A stretch of 45,851 bases of DNA from Acidobacteriota bacterium. Its GTDB lineage: Bacteria > Acidobacteriota > Aminicenantia > Aminicenantales > Aminicenantaceae. The notes beneath the pieces were generated by a model. The model made no database searches. It saw only the letters and a program-made list of their open reading frames with translations, and was not told the origin of the DNA. The stretch lies in contig JAHIPL010000037.1 of the NCBI GenBank assembly GCA_018894615.1, forward strand, positions 1 to 45,851, written 5' to 3'. The translations under genes and the position numbers were made by a program. This document shows positions 26,695-35,434 of the stretch, in pieces (position 1 is the stretch's first letter; each line of letters opens with the position of its first letter).

Positions 26695-26829
26695 TCAGTC
26701 CGTCTCTTCCTGCTCATCCTGGAATTTAGGAATCATGGAAATCACTTTTTCTTGCCCGAGATAAAACCCTAGAAAAAAGGCGGAGGAGAAGACCGCGATC
26801 GTCAGCATGGATTTTATAATATCCTTCAT
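26695..26829 (-). CDS. 44-aa single-pass membrane protein (not in the ORF track)
   Basis: Hand translation MKDIIKSMLTIAVFSSAFFLGFYLGQEKVISMIPKFQDEQEETD*; GGAAGG RBS; TTTACA-17-TAGAAT promoter just upstream. Confidence 0.7.
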   Translation of the reverse strand: MKDIIKSMLTIAVFSSAFFLGFYLGQEKVISMIPKFQDEQEETD

Positions 26830-26928
26830 GTCAACCTTCCGCTGTTCATTCTAGGATAATACGGAAAAAATGTAAAGGATTGACTGCAGGAACCTGTCCT
26901 CCCGCCTTTAATTGTTCATCGGCAGTCG

Positions 26929-26957
26929 TTGACTATTCAGATGGCTCCATATATAAT
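26929..26957 (+). promoter_or_regulatory. Near-consensus sigma70 promoter heading the + strand gene run
   Basis: TTGACT-17-TATAAT. Confidence 0.75.
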
Positions 26958-27001
26958 ACATTTTAATCAAATTAGAGAGAAACCACGGGAAGACGTATCA
27001 A

Positions 27002-27313
27002 ATGAATTTAGGCGCCTATGGAATTCTAGTCGTTTTTGCGGCATTCATCATTCTTCTTTTTCTCAATCCGAACCTGTCCTGTTTCGGGAAAAAAATACGT
27101 TCTCCTCTTTATACGCGGATCGGAAGGAAAAAAACGACCTCCAAAAAAATTGTAACCGAAGATTACGGATTCAAGCTGGTAGAAAATGATGGAAGAGAAA
27201 CCTCCCGCCCAAAAGCATCCGCGACCGTTTCAGCGGGCACTGAGACGAACGCGCAAACATCCCGGAAGAAACCACTGAAAACCGAAGACTACGGTTTTAA
27301 GCTGGATGAGTGA
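27002..27313 (+). CDS. Small membrane-anchored protein with a duplicated TEDYGFKL motif
   Basis: N-terminal TM helix, basic linker and two exact TEDYGFKL copies that differ only at synonymous positions. Confidence 0.8.
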   Translation: MNLGAYGILVVFAAFIILLFLNPNLSCFGKKIRSPLYTRIGRKKTTSKKIVTEDYGFKLVENDGRETSRPKASATVSAGTETNAQTSRKKPLKTEDYGFKLDE

Positions 27314-28025
27314 ATCACGTTCCCGGCTGCGTCCGAGCGTGAAGCGTTGGGGTTTTCTGTCCCTTGCCCTGCTGATAAGCCTGATCCCTCTTTTTCACTG
27401 TGTTCCGCCGCCGACGCTGACAAGCGTGCCCGCAACGATCGAGACGGTTCAGGGTTATGCCTCGTTGAAAACCATCACGGGAGAGGGCTCGGCCCGATCG
27501 CGGTTTTCCTTTGTCTTCAATCCTCCGGACAAAGCGTGGATTGAAGTCACCGATATTCTTCAAAGGACGCTTTTTCGAGTCCATATGGCAGAGGGGAAAT
27601 CGTTTCTGCTCATTCCCTCCAAAAAGGTGTTCTGGAAAGGACGGGAAGACGAGATCATGAACCACCTCTTTGGATTTCCCCTGAGGCTGGAGGAAATGAC
27701 GGCCCTGATATGCGGGCGGTGGGACACGCGAGGCCTGTTCCTGACGGAAGCGGACGGGGAGTGGCGCTTGAATGAGGACGCATCCGGAAGGATTGTGTCC
27801 GGAGAGAGAAACAACCTGTCCTTCGAGGTTCAGGAATTTATTGAAAAATCTCCTGTCGCCCGAGTGTTTGTGTTCTCTTCATCGGGAGCGTGGGGACGGG
27901 TGAAAATCCTCCGAATCGATATCAATGCACCCCTAAAGCCCGACCTGTTTTCTTCCGCCTTCCTCTCAGCCTTCACGGAACTGAGCTGGGAACAAATCCT
28001 GGAGCTTCTGAACAGTGATCGTTAG
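27306..28025 (+). CDS. LolB-like outer-membrane lipoprotein
   Basis: Signal ending LFH-C; LFGFPLRLEEMTALICG resembles the LolB G.P.P...L..W..G segment; sits immediately upstream of ispE. Start may be GTG 27339. Confidence 0.6.
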   Translation: MSESRSRLRPSVKRWGFLSLALLISLIPLFHCVPPPTLTSVPATIETVQGYASLKTITGEGSARSRFSFVFNPPDKAWIEVTDILQRTLFRVHMAEGKSFLLIPSKKVFWKGREDEIMNHLFGFPLRLEEMTALICGRWDTRGLFLTEADGEWRLNEDASGRIVSGERNNLSFEVQEFIEKSPVARVFVFSSSGAWGRVKILRIDINAPLKPDLFSSAFLSAFTELSWEQILELLNSDR

Positions 28026-28875
28026 GTCCTACGCAAAGATCAACCTCGGGATCGAGATCCTGGGCAAAAGACCGGATGGCTATCATGAGCTGCGGACGCT
28101 TTACCAGAGCATCAGCCTCCATGATATCATTGATTTCAGGGCGGCGGAGGACGGGACGATCCGCCTTTCGGGTGATTGGGACGAGATTGCTTGGGATCAG
28201 ACCAACCTGATCTACCGTGCCGCCCTCCTCCTGCAGAAAGAAAGCGGGAAAAAGAGAGGAGTGCACATCCGCGTCAACAAAAGAATTCCGCCGGGGAGAG
28301 GATTGGGAGGAGGAAGCAGCAATGCGGCCACGACTCTCCATGTCCTCAACAGGATCTGGGATCTCGGGCTGCCGCAGGACCGGTTGCACGAGCTTGGCGC
28401 GGGACTGGGAGCGGATGTTCCTTATTTTCTGGAAGGAGGATTATGTCTTGGTCTGGAAAAAGGCGATTCTCTCTCTTCTCTTCCGGATAGGCGCCCGTTT
28501 TTCTGTCTCCTCGTCTGGCCGAAATTTTCCATTTCGACGGCAAGTATTTACGAGGCCTTCATCTTGACTTCCCCTCCTAAAGAGAGTAAAATTACCGGGT
28601 TTTTAGAGTGTGGTGATTTTTCGCTGCTCAAGAATGATTTAGAAAAGACGGTATTTCGTTTATATCCTCAGCTTAAAAGCATAAAGAGACAATTATCGGA
28701 TTCAGAAGCCGTTGTAACTCTTGTCAGCGGGTCGGGTTCAACCGTTTTCGGCGTTTATCCCGAGAGAGAGAAGGCGAGAGAAACCCTTAGAGGATTAGGC
28801 GGTGAAAACACGGCACTGATTGTCGAAACGGTTTCGCGAGGCGACTACCGAAAAAGTTTGAGTAATGGGGTGTAG
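28015..28875 (+). CDS. ispE: 4-diphosphocytidyl-2-C-methyl-D-erythritol kinase
   Basis: AKINL, RPDGYHEL, K.IP.G.GLGGGSSNAA, LGADVP, NDLE, SGSGSTVF. Confidence 0.97.
   Translation: MIVRSYAKINLGIEILGKRPDGYHELRTLYQSISLHDIIDFRAAEDGTIRLSGDWDEIAWDQTNLIYRAALLLQKESGKKRGVHIRVNKRIPPGRGLGGGSSNAATTLHVLNRIWDLGLPQDRLHELGAGLGADVPYFLEGGLCLGLEKGDSLSSLPDRRPFFCLLVWPKFSISTASIYEAFILTSPPKESKITGFLECGDFSLLKNDLEKTVFRLYPQLKSIKRQLSDSEAVVTLVSGSGSTVFGVYPEREKARETLRGLGGENTALIVETVSRGDYRKSLSNGV
28564..28592 (+). promoter_or_regulatory. Promoter internal to ispE, likely for tRNA-Gln/prs
   Basis: TTGACT-17-TAAAAT. Confidence 0.6.
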
Positions 28876-28940
28876 CCAAGCGGAAAGGCAGCGGACTTTG
28901 GATCCGCTATTCGGAGGTTCGAATCCTCCCACCCCAGCCA
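28866..28940 (+). tRNA. tRNA-Gln(UUG)
   Basis: TGGGGTG/CACCCCA acceptor stem, anticodon arm GCGGA-CT-TTG-GA-TCCGC, GGTTCGAATCC T-arm, encoded CCA. Overlaps the last 10 nt of ispE. Confidence 0.97.
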
Positions 28941-28987
28941 GCTTAAGCCGGTGGTGAGAAAAAGGAAAAGATAATAAAGGAGATGGA

Positions 28988-29926
28988 GTGAAAGACAAAA
29001 CCTCACTCAAGGTGTTTTCCGGCTCATCCAACCGGGCGCTGGCGGAAGAAATTGTCGATTATCTTGGTTTGTCCCTGGGGGCATGCAACCTGGATCGGTT
29101 CAGCGACGGGGAGATTCACTTTTATATCGATGAAAATGTCCGGGGAGAGGATGTTTTTGTTGTCCAGTCCGGGTCGACCGATGCCAATTATCACATGATG
29201 GAGTTGTTTTTAATGCTGGATGCTTTCAAGAGGGCTTCGGCGGAACACATCACGGCCGTCATTCCGTACTACAGCTATGCGCGGCAGGACTGGAAAGACC
29301 GTCCCCGCGTTCCCATCTCCGCCCGCTTGATGGCCGACCTGCTGGAAGCGGCCGGAGCCAACAGGGTGCTGACCATGGACCTTCACTCGCCTCAGATTCA
29401 GGGCTTTTTTTCATTTCCGGTCGACAATCTTGTTGCTTCGCCCGTGCTCGCCGGGTATGTTCAGAAGCTGAAGCTCAAGCGCCTGACGGTTGTTTCTCCT
29501 GATGCGGGCGGTGTCGGCAGGGCCAAATGGTTCGCCCGCCGAATGGATGCAGAACTGGCCATCATCGACAAAAGACGTCCGACCCCGAATGTCGCTCGGG
29601 TTTTCAACGTGATTGGAAATGTTTCGGACAGGGATGTGGTCATACTGGATGACATGGTGGACACGGGCGGCACTCTCGTCCAGAGTGTAGAAGCGCTGAA
29701 AAAAAAGGGCGCCAAAAGAATTTTTGCCGCCTGCACACACGGCCTCCTCTCCGGAGAGGCGGTGAGCAAAATTCAGAAATCATCGCTTGAGGCGTTGATC
29801 ATCACCAATACCATTCCCCAGGAAAAACAGCTGGAAAAAATCGTCGTTCTCTCCGTAGCGGAACTGTTCGGCGAAGCGATAAAACGAATCAACCAGGGGA
29901 GCTCGGTGAGTTCTTTGTTTGAATAA
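28988..29926 (+). CDS. prs: Ribose-phosphate pyrophosphokinase
   Basis: FSDGEI, PYYSYARQD, MDLH..QIQGFF, VSPDAGG, DDMVDTGGT. Confidence 0.98.
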   Translation: MKDKTSLKVFSGSSNRALAEEIVDYLGLSLGACNLDRFSDGEIHFYIDENVRGEDVFVVQSGSTDANYHMMELFLMLDAFKRASAEHITAVIPYYSYARQDWKDRPRVPISARLMADLLEAAGANRVLTMDLHSPQIQGFFSFPVDNLVASPVLAGYVQKLKLKRLTVVSPDAGGVGRAKWFARRMDAELAIIDKRRPTPNVARVFNVIGNVSDRDVVILDDMVDTGGTLVQSVEALKKKGAKRIFAACTHGLLSGEAVSKIQKSSLEALIITNTIPQEKQLEKIVVLSVAELFGEAIKRINQGSSVSSLFE

Positions 29927-29939
29927 GGAGGCGATCGTT

Positions 29940-30590
29940 ATGGATAACACCGTCAAATGTGAAAAAAGAGATCAATTCGGAAAAAACGCGGCCAGGCGCC
30001 TGAGGCGTGAACACAAGGTGCCAGCCGTCTTGTACGGAGCCAACATTGACAGCGTTCCCCTCACGCTGGAAAAAAAAGATATTTTCAGTATCCTGAAATC
30101 GGAATCGGGAGAAAACACCCTTTTCAGCCTTCAGTACGGATCCGAGACCTCGAATGCGATGATCAAGATGCTGCAAAAAGACCCTGTTTCGGATCAGTTG
30201 ATCCATGTAGACCTGATCCAGATCGTCATGGATGAGGAAATCAAGGTCGACGTTCCCCTTGAGCTGGTCGGGACCGCGGTCGGGGTTAAATCGGAGGGCG
30301 GTTTTATCGATTTCATTACCCGTGAGGTGGAAATCGAATGTCTGCCGAACAACATCCCCGACAGCATCGCTGTGGATATCAGCGCCCTTCACCTCAATCA
30401 GTCGCTGAAAATCGAAGACTTGCCTCCCATGGAAGGAATCCGATATATCACCGACTCGGATCAGGTCATCGTTCTGGTTCAGGCGCCGACGGCCGAGAAG
30501 GTCGAGGTGGAAGAAGAAGGCGAAGAGGACGAGGCCATTGAGGGCGAGGAAGGGGCCAAGGCATCCGAAAAAGAGGATGAAAAGGACTAG
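29940..30590 (+). CDS. rplY: 50S ribosomal protein bL25 (CTC type)
   Basis: GKNAARRLR...VPAVLYG, HVD, G.AVGVK..GG, acidic tail. Start 29940 after AGGAGG. Confidence 0.96.
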   Translation: MDNTVKCEKRDQFGKNAARRLRREHKVPAVLYGANIDSVPLTLEKKDIFSILKSESGENTLFSLQYGSETSNAMIKMLQKDPVSDQLIHVDLIQIVMDEEIKVDVPLELVGTAVGVKSEGGFIDFITREVEIECLPNNIPDSIAVDISALHLNQSLKIEDLPPMEGIRYITDSDQVIVLVQAPTAEKVEVEEEGEEDEAIEGEEGAKASEKEDEKD

Positions 30591-30593
30591 AGC

Positions 30594-31169
30594 GTGTGGG
30601 CCGTTGTGGGGCTGGGAAACCCCGGGAAGAAATACCGGGCGACCCGGCACAATGCCGGCTTTTTGTTTGTCAGCCACCTGGCTGGAATTCACGGGATGCG
30701 ATTGAGAAAGAGGGCGCATTTGTCCCGGACTCAAACCGTCGAGGCGGAGGGAGAAAAAATCCTTCTGGCGCAGCCGCAGACCTACATGAACCGCAGCGGC
30801 CTGGCGGTGAAACGGATGGTGGAAAACGGCGGCATTTCACCGGAACGGATGATCGTCGTTTATGATGACCTCGATCTTCCCATCGGAGAAATCAGGATCA
30901 GGAAAGAAGGAAGCGCCGGGACTCACCGCGGCGTGATGTCCATCGTGCAGGCCCTCGAATCGAGGCGTTTCCCCCGCATTCGAATCGGCATCGGATTCAT
31001 GGGTTCCGGTTGGGATGCGGCCGAATTTGTTCTTTCCGAATTCAGAGAGGATGAAAAAAAAGGCCTCAAGAAGGCCCTGGAGGAAGCGGCGGATGCGCTG
31101 TGTATCATTCTTCGGGGGAGGATCGATGAGGCCATGAACAGGTATAATCAAAAGATCAGCTTGAATTGA
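30594..31169 (+). CDS. pth: Peptidyl-tRNA hydrolase
   Basis: VGLGNPG..Y..TRHNAGF, PQTYMN.SG, YDDLDLP.G, RIRIGIG. Confidence 0.97.
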   Translation: MWAVVGLGNPGKKYRATRHNAGFLFVSHLAGIHGMRLRKRAHLSRTQTVEAEGEKILLAQPQTYMNRSGLAVKRMVENGGISPERMIVVYDDLDLPIGEIRIRKEGSAGTHRGVMSIVQALESRRFPRIRIGIGFMGSGWDAAEFVLSEFREDEKKGLKKALEEAADALCIILRGRIDEAMNRYNQKISLN

Positions 31170-31175
31170 TATCAA

Positions 31176-31224
31176 GCTCCTTGTTCCTTCCGAAAGAGAA
31201 GGAGCTATAAATCCAAAAGGAGGT
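31176..31224 (+). promoter_or_regulatory. rpsF leader resembling the S6:S18 autoregulatory RNA
   Basis: CTCCTT can pair with the AAGGAG RBS; inner hairpin GTTCCTTC/GAAGGAGC; unpaired CCA just before the RBS. Confidence 0.6.
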
Positions 31225-31228
31225 AAGC

Positions 31229-31678
31229 ATGAGAGCTTACGAAACAGCATTTCTGATTGCCCCAACGCTTCCCGATGAAGAGCTGGAAGCGCTGATTCAA
31301 TCGATGGCGGAAGTTGTCGAGAAGAACGCGGGAAAGATGGACAACCTCGACAAGTGGGGGAAAAGACGTCTTGCCTATCCCATTAAAAAATTTGGAGAGG
31401 CTTATTATGTCTTTTTTCTTTACCACTCGGAGCCTGTCGTTCCTTCCGAACTGGACAGGCATTTCAAGCAGACGGAATCCGTGATCCGGCACATGACCTT
31501 TGTCCTGGATGAAAGAGACAATGTGCGCCTGAAGAAAAAGGGCACGGGTAAAAAGACGAGGCGCCCCCGGCAGGAAGAGCGAAACGAAAGCCCCCGGCAG
31601 GAAGAGCGGGCGGAAAAACCCCTCTTGCCATCGGAAAATTCCGAACCTGCAGAGACATCAACAGACGAGGAGAATTGA
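31229..31678 (+). CDS. rpsF: 30S ribosomal protein bS6 with C-terminal extension
   Basis: MRAYET, WGKRRLAYPIKK, VIRHM. Confidence 0.96.
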   Translation: MRAYETAFLIAPTLPDEELEALIQSMAEVVEKNAGKMDNLDKWGKRRLAYPIKKFGEAYYVFFLYHSEPVVPSELDRHFKQTESVIRHMTFVLDERDNVRLKKKGTGKKTRRPRQEERNESPRQEERAEKPLLPSENSEPAETSTDEEN

Positions 31679-31681
31679 GTC

Positions 31682-31936
31682 ATGTCCAGAGAAAGAAGAG
31701 AAAGACCCCCCTACAGAAAATTTTTCCCCCCAAAAAGGAAAGTCTGCCGGTTTTGTGAAAAGAGCCTCAGGGATATCGATTATAAGGACGTTGATGTTTT
31801 GAGGCGTTATGTCCCTGAAAGAGGGAAGATTTCACCGAGGCGGATCACCGGAACGTGCGCCTATCATCAGAGACAGCTGTCCCGGGCCATCAAGCGGGCC
31901 CGTCTCCTGGCGCTTCTGCCCTATGTCGAAGATTGA
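31682..31936 (+). CDS. rpsR: 30S ribosomal protein bS18 (C+ form)
   Basis: CRFC, IDYKD, ERGKI.PRRITG.C..HQR, AIKRAR..ALLPY. Confidence 0.98.
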   Translation: MSRERRERPPYRKFFPPKRKVCRFCEKSLRDIDYKDVDVLRRYVPERGKISPRRITGTCAYHQRQLSRAIKRARLLALLPYVED

Positions 31937-31963
31937 TCGCACACAAAACACGTTGGAGGAACG

Positions 31964-32566
31964 ATGAAAATCATCCTGAAAGAAAACATAGAAAATCTGG
32001 GGAAAAGAGGCGATATCGTCAATGTCGCCGCCGGATACGGACGTAATTATCTGCTTCCCAAAAAACTTGCTATTCAGGTCACGCCGTCCAATCTCAAGAT
32101 GATTGAGTTGGAGCAGAAGGCCCTTCGGAAAAAACTTGAAAAGGAGATGGCCTCCTACAATGAGATCATCGGCCGGATGAACGGGGTCACGTTGACCTTT
32201 AAAAGAAAGGTGGCCGAGAAGGACACACTGTTCGGATCCGTGAGCGTGGCCGATATCCGGGAGGCTCTGATGGAAGCCGGATTCGAGATTGAAAAGAAAA
32301 AAATTCTTCTTTTGGAACCCATCAAAACGATCGGAGAATTCACCGTCCCGGTCAAGGTTTTTCACGATGACAAAGCGGAAGTGAAAATCATTGTCTTGCA
32401 GGAAGGGGCGGAGAAAAAAGCGAAGGCGAAAGAACCCTCGATCGAGGCCGGCGCCGAAGAGGATCCCGCTCCGGAAGATGTGAGGCCTGACGACCAGGTA
32501 AAGACCGAACCGGAAAAAAAGGAAAAAGAGGCCGAGGAACCGGAGGATGCTGAAAAAAAAGACTGA
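31964..32566 (+). CDS. rplI: 50S ribosomal protein bL9 with acidic C-terminal extension
   Basis: MKIIL....NLGK.GDIV.V..GYGRNYLLP, LFGSV, PIKTIG. Confidence 0.97.
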   Translation: MKIILKENIENLGKRGDIVNVAAGYGRNYLLPKKLAIQVTPSNLKMIELEQKALRKKLEKEMASYNEIIGRMNGVTLTFKRKVAEKDTLFGSVSVADIREALMEAGFEIEKKKILLLEPIKTIGEFTVPVKVFHDDKAEVKIIVLQEGAEKKAKAKEPSIEAGAEEDPAPEDVRPDDQVKTEPEKKEKEAEEPEDAEKKD

Positions 32567-32639
32567 AGACACAGAATCCTGGCAATGAGGCCGGTTATTT
32601 TGATAAACTGATGCCGGGAACAACGAGAAAGGAGGGACG

Positions 32640-33998
32640 ATGGACATGGACTTGATGTTCCTTAAAAAAACCCCTCCCCACAGCCTCGAGGTTGAACAAA
32701 CGGTCCTTGGCGGTATTCTTGTCAATGGTAAAAACCTGAATGTGGTTCTCTCCCTTATCAGGGTGGAGGACCTGTATTCAGAAAAGAACAGGACCATTCT
32801 GGAAAAAATCATCCAAATGGCGGACAAGGGCATTTCTCTGGATCTCCTTTCCTTGAGTGAGGCTTTGAAAAAATCCGGATCACTCGAGGACGTGGGTGGA
32901 GGGGCCTATCTCTCTTCCCTGATGGACGGCGTTCCGAAAAATCTCAATATCGAATATTATGCCCGCATCATCAAGGAGAAGGCGCTCCTCAGGAGACTGA
33001 TCCTCTCTTCGGCCAAGATCATGTCCTCCAGTTTCGAGCAGAAGGAGGATGCGGATCAGATTCTCGACCAGGCGCAGGCCGAAATCATCAATGTGACGGA
33101 GGAGAGAATCAAGCCCGGCTTTATTCCCATTCGCCAATTGACCGGTGAATCCATAGAAACCATCGATATTCTACGCCACCGGAAGGAAGCGGTGACGGGG
33201 ATTCCGTCGGGATTCCGCGCTCTGGATACCATGACCTCCGGATTCCATCCCGCTGAATTTGTGGTGGTTGCCGCCCGGCCGTCCATGGGAAAAACGGCTA
33301 TGTGCTTGAACATCTCTCAGCATGTCGGGCTCAAGACGGATTATTCCGTGGGTTTTTTCTCGCTTGAAATGGCCAAGGAACAGCTCGTCCAGCGGCTTCT
33401 TTGTGCTGAAGCCATGATCGATCTGCAGAAAGTCCGGACGGGATACGTCGGCGACCGGGAGTTCGAGCGGCTTAAATCGAGCGCGGAAACCCTCTCCTCG
33501 GCCCGGATCTATGTGGATGAAACCCCCGCCCTTTCCGTCATAGAGATGAAGGCCAAGGCCCGGCGGCTGAAAATGGAGCAGGCCCTCGATATCCTCTTTG
33601 TCGATTACATGCAGCTCATGCGGCCGGGCATCCGGGTTGAAAACAGGGTCCAGGAGATGTCTTTTATTTCGCGCTCCATGAAGGAACTGGCCAAGGAGCT
33701 TCGCATTCCGGTCGTCGGGATCTCCCAGCTCAGCCGTGCTCCCGAAAAGGGTCGGGCCAAACCCATTCCCATTCTATCCGACCTCCGGGAATCCGGCGCC
33801 ATCGAGCAGGATGCCGATGTTGTCATCTTTATTTACCGCCCCGAGTTTTACAATCCGGACGATGAAACCCTGAAGGGAATCGCGGAAGTCAATATCGCCA
33901 AGCAGCGAAACGGGCCCACGGGGAAAATTCATCTTGCCTTTCTGAACAAATACGCCCGGTTCGGCGACAGCGAATACGAGCCTCCCGCTGAACAATAG
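32640..33998 (+). CDS. dnaB: Replicative DNA helicase (no intein)
   Basis: PPHS.E.E, AARPSMGKT, FSLEM, DYMQL, SQLSR, SDLRESGAIEQDAD, AKQRNGP. Confidence 0.98.
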   Translation: MDMDLMFLKKTPPHSLEVEQTVLGGILVNGKNLNVVLSLIRVEDLYSEKNRTILEKIIQMADKGISLDLLSLSEALKKSGSLEDVGGGAYLSSLMDGVPKNLNIEYYARIIKEKALLRRLILSSAKIMSSSFEQKEDADQILDQAQAEIINVTEERIKPGFIPIRQLTGESIETIDILRHRKEAVTGIPSGFRALDTMTSGFHPAEFVVVAARPSMGKTAMCLNISQHVGLKTDYSVGFFSLEMAKEQLVQRLLCAEAMIDLQKVRTGYVGDREFERLKSSAETLSSARIYVDETPALSVIEMKAKARRLKMEQALDILFVDYMQLMRPGIRVENRVQEMSFISRSMKELAKELRIPVVGISQLSRAPEKGRAKPIPILSDLRESGAIEQDADVVIFIYRPEFYNPDDETLKGIAEVNIAKQRNGPTGKIHLAFLNKYARFGDSEYEPPAEQ

Positions 33999-34053
33999 TC
34001 TTTCCGTTCCCGGGGGCGGCTTTACGTTTTGAGCGGACGGGATTGAGTGATTT

Positions 34054-35409
34054 ATGAAACCAAAAACAGTCTTCATCTGTCAGGAATGCGGGCGCCAGTC
34101 TCCGAAGTGGCTGGGACGTTGTTCTGGCTGCGGCGGGTGGAGCACTTTTATTGAGGAGAAGGAGGAGGCCCCGGCCGCAGCCCTGGATCTTCCGGAGTCC
34201 GACCCGGTCCTCTTCGGGGACGTGCGGCACACGGCCAAGGAACGGTGGTCCTCCGGAATGGAGGAATTGGACACCGTGCTGGGAGGGGGGATTGTTCCCG
34301 GCTCCCTTATTCTGATCGGAGGCGAACCCGGCATCGGCAAGTCAACACTGCTCCTGCAGTTCAGCCGGGATTTCTCACGGCGGGATAACCGGGTGCTGTA
34401 TGTGTCTGGGGAGGAATCTCTTGAACAGATCAAGCTGCGGGGGGATCGTCTGGGCGTAGGAGCGGGAGCCCTCTATCTGCTTGCGGAGACAAACTGCGAG
34501 AGGTTTCTGGCTCATGCGGATAAAATTCGCCCGCAGGTTCTGGTCATCGATTCCATTCAGACGGTTTTTTCGGCGGGACTCTCCTCCGGCCCGGGGTCCA
34601 TCAGCCAGGTGAGGGATGTCACCAATCAGATTTTCCGGTTCTCCAAAACCAGGGGCATTCCCGCGTTTCTGGTCGGACACATCACCAAGGAGGGCTCTCT
34701 GGCCGGACCGAAAACCTTGGAGCACATGGTTGATGTCGTGCTGACATTTGAGGGGGAGAGGGATCACAGCCACCGCGTGCTCAGAGCCCTGAAAAACAGA
34801 TTCGGTCCCGTGTCGGAGCTGGCCATCTTTGAAATGACCGGAAGCGGATTGTCCGTCATCCCCAATCCTTCGGCTTTCTTTCTCAAGGAACGCCCCGAAA
34901 CGGAGGCGGGGAGCTCGGTCGTCTGCACGTTTAAGGGATCGCGCCCTCTGCTGGCGGAGATACAGGCTCTGGTCTCCTCCACTCTTTTTTCGGGAAATCC
35001 GCGCCGGATGACCATCGGGCTCGATCACTTCAGAGCCTCTATGCTTCTGGCCGTCATTGAAAAAAAGCTTGGATTCAGCTTTGCCGGACAGGATGTTTAC
35101 CTCAATGTCGCCGGAGGCCTGCAGATCGATGAACCGGGAGTTGACCTGGCAGCCGCCGCGGCGGTTGTCTCAAGCCTTGGGAACAAACCGATTCCGGTGC
35201 AGACGGCCATTTTTGGAGAGATCGGCCTGAGCGGGGAAATCCGCTCGGTCAATCAGCCTCTCCTTCGCGCCAGAGAAGCGGCTGCCATGGGCTTTCAATC
35301 CGTCATCTGTCCCGCGGGCAATGTTGGGCAAATCAGGAAGGAATCCATCCCCGGGATTGACTTGAAGGGGGTAAAAAGTATAAAAGAAGCTATGGATTAT
35401 ATGTTTTAA
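34054..35409 (+). CDS. radA: DNA repair protein RadA/Sms
   Basis: CQECG...W.GRC.GC, GEPGIGKSTL, KNRFG, Lon-like C-terminus GEIGLSGE. Confidence 0.98.
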   Translation: MKPKTVFICQECGRQSPKWLGRCSGCGGWSTFIEEKEEAPAAALDLPESDPVLFGDVRHTAKERWSSGMEELDTVLGGGIVPGSLILIGGEPGIGKSTLLLQFSRDFSRRDNRVLYVSGEESLEQIKLRGDRLGVGAGALYLLAETNCERFLAHADKIRPQVLVIDSIQTVFSAGLSSGPGSISQVRDVTNQIFRFSKTRGIPAFLVGHITKEGSLAGPKTLEHMVDVVLTFEGERDHSHRVLRALKNRFGPVSELAIFEMTGSGLSVIPNPSAFFLKERPETEAGSSVVCTFKGSRPLLAEIQALVSSTLFSGNPRRMTIGLDHFRASMLLAVIEKKLGFSFAGQDVYLNVAGGLQIDEPGVDLAAAAAVVSSLGNKPIPVQTAIFGEIGLSGEIRSVNQPLLRAREAAAMGFQSVICPAGNVGQIRKESIPGIDLKGVKSIKEAMDYMF

Positions 35410-35434
35410 GTCCACTTTATATATAGGTAATAAA

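Noticed and set aside
26500-26764. 60-aa ORFs at 26500-26682 (-) and 26582-26764 (+)
   Set aside because: No convincing RBS or protein-like features; the region is better explained by the 44-aa gene plus a structured element.
32640-33998. Intein in DnaB (also considered for PolA and RadA)
   Set aside because: Lengths are normal, motifs are contiguous and no splice-junction residues were seen.
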